Shown piece by piece: positions 43,962 through 55,600 of a DNA stretch of 64,000 nt (its first letter is position 1; every line of letters starts with the position of its first letter). This DNA is from Balanoglossus misakiensis (taxonomy: Eukaryota > Animalia > Hemichordata): contig CM082596.2 in the NCBI GenBank assembly GCA_040954595.2, positions 10,560,461-10,624,460 of the forward strand, read 5' to 3'. Made by a program: the position numbers and the translations under genes. The notes beneath the pieces are model-generated. The model was not told the origin of the DNA and made no database searches. It was given only the letters and a program-made list of their open reading frames with translations.

Positions 43962-44619
43962 TGTGTCTCACTCAGCGAACGAGGACCCACCGTTCTCGTC
44001 CACTTCAAACATTGTAACAATTCCTGTGATTTCAGCTTCGCCTCTGACATCGCGGTATTTTATCATTCCGTCGAGCACTTCCCCACCTTCGGAATTTTCT
44101 TCAAACTGTGCCCAAGGAGGTCTCTACACGCCGTCGCGTCGTCATGGACCTCAACTTTCCATCATCTGACATTGTGTCTCACTCAGCGAACGAGGACCCA
44201 CCGTCCTCGTCCACTTCAAACATTGTAACAATTCCTCCGATTTCAGCTTCGCCTCTGACATCGCTGTATTTAAACTTTCCTCGAGCACGTCTCCCTCATC
44301 GGAACTTTCTTTAGCCATATATGTGTCTCACTCAGCGAACGAGGACCCACCGTCCTCATCCACTTCAAACATTGTAACAATTCCTCCGATTTCAGCTTCG
44401 CCTCTGACATCGCTGTATTTAAACTTTCCTCGAGCACGTCTCCCTCATCGGAACTTTCTTTAGCCATATATGTGTCTCACTCAGCGAACGATGACCCACC
44501 GTCCTCGTCCACTTAAAACATTGTAACAATTCCTCCGATTTCAGCTTCGCCTCTGACATCGCTGTATTTAAACTTTCCGTCGAGCACGTCTCCCTCATCG
44601 GAACTTTCTTTAGCCAATA
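43962..44619 (+). repeat. Internal tandem repeat, 4 copies of a ~149-bp unit
   Basis: TGTGTCTCACTCAGCGAACGAGGACCCACCG... starts at 43962, 44173, 44322 and 44471. Confidence 0.92.
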
Positions 44620-44627
44620 TTTGTGCC

Positions 44628-46164
44628 TTGCATGCGCAAGTTTCTACATCCGGGTTACCAAACTACCAAGGTCTCAAATATCCCGTTCCGACTAAATTAG
44701 TGTTGCCGTTATGGAGATCACTGCTGGCACATTATGCTGACAATATCATTTGTGACTATCACCATCTTGGCTGGCCTATCGGTTATACCCGTGACACGTT
44801 ACCAGTCTTCGACATCCGTAATCACCCTTCGGCCTTGATGTTTCCCGACGATGTGGACCACTTCATCAGCACTGAAGTCGCCGCTGGGGCCACAGCCGGA
44901 CCTTTCACAATCAGCTTCAAACTGTGCCCAAAAAGGACTCTTCACGCCGTCGCGTCGTCATGGACCTCAGCTTTCCAGAACACTTTCTGTCAATGACGGA
45001 ATCTCTTCAGACTTTTATGATGGTTATCACATAAAACTGTCGTACCCATCTTTAGATCATTTCTCACAAATTATCCAGGACAAAGGCCCCGGTTGCCTGT
45101 TATACAGAGAGACTTACGCCGAGCATATCGGCAAATTTTCATTGACCCTCGAGATTATAATCTCCTTGGTTTTTCATGGCATCATTTATTCTTTTTTGAT
45201 CGTGTTTTTCCCTTCGGGCTTCGCTCTGCTGCATTAGCCTGCCAACGTACCACAAATGCAGTCATGTATTTATTTAGACAGAATGGTTAGGCTGGCATCA
45301 ATTATTTAGATGATTTTGGGGGTGCAGAGGCGCCAGACAAAGCCATGGCAGCCTTTGAATCCCTTGGTCGACTTTTATCACAGCTCGGTCTAGAGGAGGC
45401 GCAGGATAAAGCAGTAGCGCCGTCCACTTGCATGGTTTTTCTCGGTATTGAATTCGACACTGTGTCTATGACCATGCGCATTCCAGCACACAAGTTATCC
45501 ACCCTACTCACAGAGCTTGATGAGTGGGACACAAAAGTCTCTGTTCCCAAGCGTCAATTTCAGTCTTTGTTAGGCAAGCTTAATTCAGTTGCCACATGTG
45601 TTCGCTCAGGACGAGTGTTTTTCTCCCGTATGTTACAGTTACTTAGACAGCAGTTTAAATCACCTCGCATTTTTCTAGATTCGCAATTCTTCGCTGCCTT
45701 AGTTTGGGGGCGTACCTTTTTACCTTTTTACAACGGAGTATCTGTTATCCCAGCTTCTAGATGGAGTACACCAGATGCCGTTTTTTTTCTACTGACGCCT
45801 GCCTCTCAGGCTGCGGGGGCTTTTCTCAAGGACTGTATTTTCACACAGAATTTCCTTTACCTGTTACTAGTCAGGGTTTACATATTAATGCGTTAGAACT
45901 TTTAACAGTGCTTGTTGCGTGTCGTCTGTGGGGCCATCTGTGGAAAGGCCAGCGCATTCAGGTGTTTTGCGATAATATGGCAACAGTCACTGTCATTAAT
46001 TCAGGTCGCTCACGAGACCTTCATATGCTTCAATATTTACGAGAGTTATGGCTAGTGTCCGCACTCAATAGTTTTGAACTTAAAGCGGTGCTATTCAGGG
46101 TCAGGATAATCGCTTAGCTGACCATTTAAGCAGATGGCACATTTCTCAGCATCACAGTTTTGAA
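44628..46164 (+). pseudogene. Ngaro reverse transcriptase / RNase H, frameshifted
   Basis: Motifs spread across frames: GWPIGY, TVPKKDSSRRRVVMDLSFP, DLRRAYRQI, PFGLRSA, NYLDDFGG (~45300), FLGIEFD, TDACLSGCGG, HINALEL, CDNMATV, ADHLSR. Several frameshifts and a TAG near 45288. Confidence 0.9.
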
Positions 46165-46198
46165 AACACAACGACATAGAAATCCCAATTTCCGAAAA
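46165..46198 (+). repeat. Left TIR
   Basis: AACACAACGACATAGAAATCCCAATTTCCGAAAA; reverse complement of 60778-60811 with 2 mismatches. Confidence 0.92.
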
Positions 46199-46727
46199 AC
46201 AAGGTTGTTTGAGATTTTTTTGACAAAATAGCTCAAAATCCTTATTAAATTATATTGATTCTTGTATATTATCAATCAAAAATTAAAAAGCTAAAAAATA
46301 TAACTTTAAACTGACTTTTTTTCTTAATATTCTTCTCAAATAAGGAAAACACTGGAATTTGTGTCTTTGGTTAATATTTAGGAAAAACATATATTTGGAA
46401 TAATTTCCCAGAATTGCCTTGTCAGACTTTTAATTTTCCTCAGAAAAAATACGCACAACTTATACTTGCTTTTATCCTTGGACAAATACTTATTTTTTTA
46501 GCATTTGTTCATAACTTGTAGCAACAAATGTTGATGAGACAAGTTTTTTTCTTGGAAATATACAAACATGTAAAGAATGGCTTTTCGGACAGAATATTTC
46601 TATAGAAAATCAGAGTTTTATTGCACTTAAAAATAATACATCAAGAATTGACAAAGAAAAATCAGAATTCAGACATTCAAAAGTGTACTTAATTTTTCTA
46701 TTGAAAAAAATGCTTTCTTTTACTGTA

Positions 46728-47638
46728 TCTCTGCCAATCGGCAGAAAGTCTGCCTTTTAGCCTTCCAAGCAAGATACAAGATAGTCAACTCTGCCAATTG
46801 GCAGAGGCCAGAGACAAGATTGCTGACTCTGCCAATCGGCAGAGGCCAGAGACAAGATGGCTGACTCTGCCAATTGGCAGAGGCTAGAGACAAGATGGTT
46901 GACTCTGCCAATCGGCAGAGGCCAGAGACAAGATGGCTGACTCTGCCAATCGGCAGAGGCCAGAGACAAGATGGCTGGCAGACAAGATGGCTGCAGACTC
47001 TGCCAATCGGCAGAGGCCAGAGACAAGATGTCTGGCAGACAAGATGGCTGGCAGACAAGATGGCTGCAGACTCTGCCAATCGGCAGAGGCCAGAGACAAG
47101 ATGGCTGGCAGACAAGATGGCTGCAGACTCTGCCAATTGGCAGAGGCCAGAGACAAGATGGCTGACTCTGCCAATTGGCAGAGGCCAGAGACAAGATGGC
47201 TGACTCTGCCAATCGGCAGAGGCCAGAGACCAGATGGCTGACTCTGCCAATCGGCAGAGGCCAGAGACAAGATGGCTGACTCTGCCAATCGGCAGAGGCC
47301 AGAGACAAGATGGCTGGCAGACAAGATGGCTGCAGACTCTGCCAATCGGCAGAGGCCAGAGACAAGATGGCTGGCAGACAAGATGGCTGCAGACTCTGCC
47401 AATTGGCAGAGGCCAGAGACAAGATGGCTGACTCTGCCAATTGGCAGAGGCCAGAGACAAGATGGCTGACTCTGCCAATCGGCAGAGGCCAGAGACAAGA
47501 TGGCTGACTCTGCCAATCGGCAGAGGCCAGTGACAAGGTGGCTGACTCTGCCAATCGGCAGAGGTCAGAGGCAAGGTGGCTGACTCTGCCAATCGGCAGA
47601 GGTCAGAGGCAAGCTGGCTGATGCTGCCAAGTGGCAGG
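46728..47638. repeat. Left subterminal 38-bp tandem array
   Basis: Unit GACTCTGCCAATYGGCAGAGGCCAGAGACAAGATGGCT; some units carry an extra GGCAGACAAGATGGCT. Confidence 0.96.
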
Positions 47639-48243
47639 ATTTTTGAAAGCACAACTATTTTTAAAGCCCCATGATCACAGATTTTTTTTACTTTTTTTCA
47701 GTATTTTTTTTGTATGTGTATGAAATCAACCTCCAGTTCTACTTCCTGAATTACGATGAAATGCACACTAAGAATCTCAACATAGTCTGTATATGATAAA
47801 TGTTAAGAATTTTGATATTATCATCTCAAATATTGCTAACAATAGGGCACAAAATACAAAAAAATACCGTCAATGAGACTGATACACTCACATTTTGGCA
47901 GAATGGGTTTTAATACTTAAATATCTGAAAACAACAAGTAGATACAAAATTAAGATACAAGTACTTCTATGTTACGAATTTGATCAGTAATTAAAGATAC
48001 AAAAACTAAATTACAACAAATAAAAAATTGTCAAAAATTAATAGAAGTTGCGCATATACATGTATGTGTTCATAAACCTGTATCCCAAATTTCAAAGCAA
48101 TCATTTTACATCACCTGATTTGAGTTATCCCTAAGACATTCCCAATAAATGTCAAGCAATAAGACAAGCAGTTTTAAACAAAACAATATTTGTTCAAAAT
48201 CAAAAACACAAATATGCAAATATCACAGAATTGTACAATGTGT

Positions 48244-51200
48244 CTAATCACTTGCTTCTTGCATAGAGACATCACTGCCAGTGTCAGCTTCATTCTCCAA
48301 ATGATACCCAAAGTTTTCAACTTTCATCCTGGCATGTTGGACTTGTTTCTCGTCGAGATCAATGCCAATGGCGTTCCTGCCGGTTGACAGAGCAGCAATC
48401 ACAGCAGATCCTGCATTGTAAATAGATGGATTTGTTACTTACTCATAAAATGCATTTAATTTACTAGAATGAAATACATTTTAACACAATACACTCTGTA
48501 TGACCTTAAAGGGACAAGCACATGTGATCATTTTGTGTGTATTTGGCTTTGACTCAGGGATAATGTTTGCATACACAAACAAGTATGATATTTACTATGA
48601 AAGTATGTGTTAGAACAAAACTTAAAAAGGTGTGTTTCCTATAACATTACACTTTAAGAGTAACATCAGTAAGTCAGAATATTCTTTTTCTACTTTTTTG
48701 TTGTTGAATGAAAATGCAATAAATTATGCTAGGAAGAAAATCTTTGCAATGTGATAGCAAAATAATCATGTTGGAATTTCATAAACAGAAAAATCCTTCC
48801 AAAAAATGCACAACAACAATATCAGTACAAACCTGTGCCACAGCATGCATCCAGGACCCATTGCTTATGGTAGGAGAATGTACTAATTATGGATTCCATT
48901 AGTTCAACTGGCTTTTGATCTGCATTGATTATCACACCATCTCCATCTCTGTCCAGTACAGGCTGTTTGCATTGCCATAGATTGTGTCGCTGTCTTGATG
49001 GTCCTGTGGCCAGGTTCCTGCTGACATGGTTGTCACTAGTCCAGTACCCGATAACAATTGGATGAACTGCCTGGGTTAGAGTTTGTGAATCTGATTGGGT
49101 AAAAGAAAAAAAAATCTCTTTGACCATTGTTTTTAAAATACACCCTCCTTTAAATGTTTGGTCAACCAATTGAAATGCAATCAACAAATAGTAAAAAAAA
49201 ATAAAAAAGTAAACAAAAAAACAGGAAAACATTTTAAAAATACAAATAAAATTATGAAACATAAACATCACTGCATCATTACACCAAACTTGGTAAATGG
49301 GTAGTGATGTTATGTCAATAATGCATACAATCTTAATTACTGACACAAAATACACTAACCTTGTCCTTTAATGTTACAGTGTGTCGATATTCTCCTGTTG
49401 CATTGTGTCTCATTGACAGCCACTGTTGCTGCTCGGTGGTGAGACCACAGTACACAACACAATTCCGTGATTTAAATCTGTCATCATTACTGTATTTTGT
49501 CATTTCACTTATTGCCTTTGTTGCACTCAGGCAATGTTGGCCACCAATCACGTTGTACGTGTAACCATTGATCTGTAAAGCAACACAGTGAACAGAATAG
49601 TGTGAGCATTGTGAAACACTGATTTTCTTTGAAGTAGTCCTGGTAATCTGCATGTCCAAATCCCAAGTACAAGCTGACAACACAGCAATACTAAAATGCA
49701 ATACTACTTAGGGGATCCAACACATTTGGCATGGCTTCTCATACTGTAGCAAAACACAGTAAGCAGTACTGAAGGATCAGAAGAAGACCTTACCTTTTTG
49801 CTATCGAATTCTTGTGGTGATTCAACCCCATCCACGATAACACACAGCGGTTGGTAGGATTCGTCAGCAAAATCCTCCATCTGCTTGATGAGGTTTTTTA
49901 AAAACACCTGATCAGGCTCTCTGATATTCCCCTTAACTTCTAAAACTTCAACACTGATCTTGTGCATACCTGTTAATTCAATTGGTAAGATGGCAAAATG
50001 TTTTACTACAATTCTAAATTCATATTATCCCATGCTACCGTCCACCCTTCTGATTGGACGAGAGCTCAACCCAGTAATGGTAATATACTGCTTTATCACG
50101 GCTAGCTGAACTAGAATGCAGTAGCGAAAATGTTGGGTTAAACCATAGGCATACGGGGGGGGGGGGGGTTATTGCTTGAATAATAAACAGTTGATTAGGA
50201 CATGTGAGAAAAAAACAGTCTTGTATTGTCACGCAATTCTTTGGGGGACCACTGGAATTTGGTTTGGGACCAGTGAAAAAAAACGGTCATATGCACTCGT
50301 CATGTGACCAGTGACAAATGAAGAAAATTCTCAGGCCCTGTACTAGACAACAATTTATTTTTTAAGGTTTGCATGTTTTCACCTATATTCATAAGCCTGT
50401 ACATACAAATTGAACAGATTTGTCTCTTTCACCCTACTCACCACAGTATGCTTGCTGCACATCTTGGGCAATAGTGTCGGGACAATCGGTGTTGGAAGTT
50501 GCCTTCTTCTTAAGTAATACACTTGACACTTCAATATTGTCATCGTGTTTTCTTCTCCTCTTCTTTTTTGTTTTTTTCAGAGATGCTGTAGATAGTGAGA
50601 AAACTGGCTTGGTAGTATCATAAAAAACTTACACAGGTCATAAATGTCCTAGTATAAACGGTTAATGCACTGCACATGGTAATAGATAAAAGTTCTACCT
50701 TTTACTACACTATAAAACACACTAGAAGTCTATTCTACAAAAATATATACATTGTACATTTGATTCAACAGGATGAACTCCAGGACCATAAGCTATAACA
50801 GAGTAAATTCAGTCCATTCAACAATGGATAATATAAACAATGGACAGCTGTGACTGTTTATCTATTTACACTCCCTCCAACTCTGGCCCAGGTGTTGTGT
50901 TAGGTGTGAAATACCATGCTGATAAAGCTTGATATGCATGGGTCTCGGATTTTGTCACCCCTTTTTTCTTATCACTCAGTATAACTCACCTTACTGTCCG
51001 CTTTTGGCATCTCCCAGAGCTAGAACTGGAACTACCTCCTTCTCCATTGCTGTCATCTGACCCCGAGTTGTCGTCTCTGTCTTCATCTAGTGATGAGTTG
51101 GTTGTGGATAAATCACTGCTGACACTAAGCCCAGCCTCCCGACGAAGATCTTTATAGAACTTCACAAATTCATCGACACTGGAATGCTCTTTGAATTTGT

Positions 51201-52194
51201 TACTGAACTCAGAGCGGTTCCACTCAAATTTTTGTCTGTTCAGGACAAATGCGTCATTTGCCCCATTTGCACCTTCAAAAAAAACCTGTGAAATGAACAT
51301 TTTCAGGCATAGATAAGAAAGGTGACATGCTATAAACAACAAAAAAAAAGGTTGTTCTCCAAACCACTGACCAGCAAAACCAGATATTTGGGAAAGGGTT
51401 GTTCCCTAATTTAGTGACAGTGACTTCGATTTTGCGTAGAAAGCAGTATACTGTGACTAGCAAAATATGTCAATCCATCAGTCTGAATGTAATGCTGTGA
51501 ACAAACAGTCTCTGAACGTAGCTCTGCGTACAGGTCTGTGTGTTCCCGGCGTGGTGGAGGCCGTGTAACGCCGGGAGCACACAGACCTGTACGCAAGGCT
51601 ATCTCTGAACGCAGTGCATGAGGCCTTATTATTCGGCCCCGAGAACACAAGCATATATCAGCCGGTAAAGGTTCCAGCTTGATGCGTTTTTTTTATAGCT
51701 TTGACGACCATGAATATCGGTCTTATACACGGAAACAGAGACTGAGAGAGTCCCCTCTTTCCGTGTACATGTATTTTGACCCGAGTTTTAGAAAATAGAA
51801 CTTGAAGACAAGCGACTTTGGATGACGACCATTCTTACCTTGATATGTGTGTCCTTGTACGCTTTACAAGTTTTAACCGGCCCGAACGGTTCACCATTTC
51901 GCTTGTTGACAAGCCTTGAAGTTTTCTTGGATTCGTGGACATTGACGTAAATACGTCGATCTTCCTCAACAAACCACCAAGCACGCATTTTTTCAATGAT
52001 AGAACAGTATAACGTTGGAAAGTTTTCGCTGTGCATGCACTCTTCTCACTCTCAGGTCTGAATCGAAACTGTGAGCACTTAGCGCAAATCGTCGGTATAA
52101 ATACCATCGCTGTACACAGAAACAATAGAATTTTTTGTCGTTCTATTGTCGAAATTTCCGGCAATCCATAGATTTTCCATTGTTTCATAGACAT
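48244..52194 (-). CDS. Spliced cargo gene: acidic/basic N-terminus, ParB/Srx-like domain and C-terminal half of a beta-class N6A/N4C DNA methyltransferase (probably incomplete; 5' end uncertain)
   Basis: GT-AG exons on the minus strand: ~52036-51839, 51285-~50990, 50585-50442 (KKTKKKRRRK), 49969-49794 (NIREPDQVFLKNLIKQME...QPLCVIV), 49572-49360 (YNVIGGQHCLSATK...CVVY...HN), 49090-48833 (HNLWQ...QKPVELMESIISTFSYHKQWVLDACCGTG), 48410-48244 (SAVIAALSTGRNAIGIDLDEKQVQHA...TAG). The last junction is in phase and rebuilds SAM-binding motif I. Confidence 0.72.
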
Positions 52195-52638
52195 GTTTAT
52201 ACGTTTCGGCGATTCACACCTTTGCCTCGCGTGCGGCCTCCGTGCCTGGATACGAGTTCTTAACCCTTAACCTTTACTATATTCAAATAAGCATCCCAGA
52301 AGAGGTAAATCATTACAGTGTAGGTTGACCCAGCCTGGAAAAAGCACTTCAATGATTGACTATTTTTCAATAAAATAATACAATCTGACAGATATATGTT
52401 ACTGAAATCTTTCATGCGTTATGAATTTAAAGTATGACTACTTTCTAGTATTTCTAGCTGGTAAAAGTCCAGTTGTTTCCCATACTTGACCGATACTTTG
52501 GATCGGAAACCCCTTCAATTGAATGGAATCTACTAGCTCGTCACATCACCAAACTAAGCTTGGTGCACGGCGTTTGAGGTCAGGTCTACTGCAAGGTACG
52601 TTCGGTCGTGTACGGGGCCATATTCTGGGCCCGTCAGC
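52195..52638. promoter_or_regulatory. Putative bidirectional promoter region between the divergent cargo and transposase genes
   Basis: Inferred only from the head-to-head gene arrangement and local CpG enrichment around both 5' exons. Confidence 0.35.
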
Positions 52639-55600
52639 ATGTCCCGTTCAAATGATTCTTTCAACGATACAAGCATTTTTTCGATATCCAACACCACTAC
52701 ACAATTTTCTTCAAGCTACGAAGAAGATCCGCAGCCTGCCTCCCGCTCCCCCGTGGTGAACGCTGAACTGGTGGTATCTCTCTGTCAACCCGACATCACG
52801 AACGCTAGTTCGATCAACGCACAATCACCCCACGGTGGAGTGACCGTGATCAACGGCAGTAATTTGTCATCAACCAGTACGCAATATGATTCAAATGACG
52901 AAGATATCGTACTGAGCGATCGTTCGCTCGAAAATACGTGCTCACTTCTGCAATTTGACAGCGACGATGACCTGGAGCTGGAATTCATGCCAGTGGCCTC
53001 ATCAAGTCCTCGCCCACAACGTCAACGGATTTCTGCACCTAAACGGCGTCGAATTTCTCAGCCGATTAGAGACCCACTATCAGTATTGTGCCAGCAGTGT
53101 TGTAGTGACTCGTGTATGGACCATTTGTCAAAGCACGATGTGACGGCTGCAGAACGAAAATATAAAGCGTTGGGCAACGAAACAAAACAGCGCCAGTATA
53201 TTCTTGACACAATTCGACAACATTCGTTCAAAAGGTATCTGTCAACTTCAAGTTCAAGTTCAAGGAGGAGAAAAGTTGTGGTTGAGACCAACTTGGTGTT
53301 GATGGGCCGACCGGTTTGTCCTGCAGCTTGGCGGCATGTTCACAACGTCAGCGAATACCGCTGGAAAAGCTGTGAACTGGACTTTATCAAAGGTTTGTTT
53401 TCACACTATTTAATAATCACTCAGTTAAAAAGCGAAAGAGTTGCAAATTGTAACACTATTTTCACGAAATGTTTGGAGTCATATACTATTGATACTTTTT
53501 TGTGCATTTTAGCAAGAAGAATGGAATTTTTTTTCCAGTAAAGAGTTCTGTATTCAGATATTACTTTACTCACAAGTGTGTGTTGCAATGTGCAGCTAAT
53601 ACAATATTGATCATTTTCTACTCAGACATAGAAGCTGTTGAACATAAGAATATTTGGAGGACAGGCTTTAAAGACAAAACCACAGATGCAATTGCTTGGA
53701 TGCGTCATCTATTTGAACGCATAGGTGATTACATGCCACATAAGGAAGAGATTCATCTGCCATCATGCTACACGAAGAAGTCCCTGTATGAACGCATGAC
53801 AAAGGAGATGAAAGCCCGTGGTCATCCTGAAAGACATATTATTTGCTATGATTATTTCACCAGGATATGGAGTATCCATCTCTCAGAGTTCATTATACCA
53901 AAGGTACATTTAATCTTATTGATAATAATATATTATTTTTATTATAAAAACACACTACATAGCTATACTGCCTGTAGTCAATGTGACACACGTCCAATTT
54001 TACTGTCTGTCTGCTGACTTTAGTACATTAACAAAATAATTTTTTTGTACATCAATCTTGCAGAGAAATGAATTTGTGAAGTGTACTGACTGCACAGAAC
54101 TAGAAGAATTGGTGGCGAAAGCTAAAACAGACCATGAAAGAACAAGAGTCCGGTCACTCATGACTCTACACATGGAGCAAGTAGAGTAAGTAAAGTTTGT
54201 GTTGTTATCCTATATTTGGCTCACATTTGGTATACCAATCCAGGGGTCTCTGCACGTGCCCTTTTTACTTGCTGGAAGGAAAAATCTGCTTGCCCACCAT
54301 CTTGGATCAACTTAGCTATGGTGTATACCTTATTTTGTATGTGTAATTGTCTCTAAGTACCCTTTCCATCTCAAAATTATTTCGAAGCCCACCCCACCCC
54401 CCAAAAGATTGCTTGGCAGCATGTTTCAATTGTTGTCATGTATTAGTTTTGAGGGGGACCTATACTTTTCGACGTAAAAAGGGTCCTTGGACTCGCTTTG
54501 TGTAATCGCTAGTGCTATTCCAGAATCCAGACATGGGATTTAACAAGAAGATTTCAAATTGCAGATTTAGAATTTTCACATTCCATAATGTGAGCACCTT
54601 TGTCTCAAGTAATTTTTAATTTTATATTATCTGTTTGTTAAGAACTGAACGCAAGCGATACCACTACAACCGAGAAAGAGCAGAGAAGGAGCCAGAGGAA
54701 ATGTTGACTATTATAATCGATGGAATCGACCAGAACAAAACAAACTTGCCTCATCTGTACAAGGAAGACAAGAGTACCAGCAATCTACTGCGTCTCAGAA
54801 CACATATTACAGGTGCGTTGACCGTGTATGGATTTGTGAACTGATTAAGTCTTTCTTAACACATCCATTGGACTATCCAATAATTGTAAATTATTCACAT
54901 TGTGGTTTATCAATTAATGAACAGTAGCCATAGTGCCATGAATTTCATTTTATATTGTACTCTCAAAGTCATGTCAAAATGCACAGTGTTGTACAATTAC
55001 CTTTAACTGGGATGTGTGTGATGCCCTCTAATACTGACAAATTTATGTTAGTATTTAATTGTAGAATTAATTTGTAGCCTTTTAAAGTACAAATGAGAAA
55101 CTTACCAGATAGGTGTTACTGTATTGTCAATAATTGCAGCTATTCTTTAATTAACCCTTTCACCCCCAGTTCCCTGTGTAGAGGTCCAACTTCATTATAG
55201 AAACAAATGGACTTAGGACAAACCGTGGTGGTGAAAGGGTTAAGCATGATTTCCAGGCGGTTAGTGACATGTAACTATTTAAGTTGTGTTTCAGTATGAA
55301 CATCTTGTCACTGTTGTAAGGTTTCAAGTACCATGTTTTTTTATTTATTTCAGGGTCCCTTGTGCATACTGGTGTAACTGGTGGCAAAATACCTTTTGTA
55401 TATTTGGATGTCAACCACATTCCACATGACTCCAACCTCACTATGAATGTGCTTCTTGAAATCCTCAATGAATGTGGTGATCATTTAGCCAAGGTATTAT
55501 ACTTACAACTCGACAACTGCTTCCGTGAAAATAAAAACAGATATTTACTGTCCCTTCTGCAACTACTGGTTCAACTCGACATATTTGAAGAGGTAAGTTG

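Noticed and set aside
46165-46175. CACTA/EnSpm assignment from the CACAAC near the terminus and the subterminal arrays
   Set aside because: CAC...GTG ends would leave AA/TT flanks with no duplication, and the transposase motifs do not look like EnSpm.
46720-47652. Repetitive ORFs up to 310 aa in the left array
   Set aside because: They are translations of a stop-poor 38-bp repeat cycling through frames on both strands.
48244-49090. Methylase as the MT domain known from some DIRS elements
   Set aside because: It lies between the DNA transposon TIRs, on the opposite strand, is spliced, and is not continuous with the Ngaro pol frame.
48244-49969. Bacterial or phage contamination as the source of the ParB/methylase-like sequence
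   Set aside because: It is split by in-phase GT-AG introns and lies inside nested eukaryotic elements.
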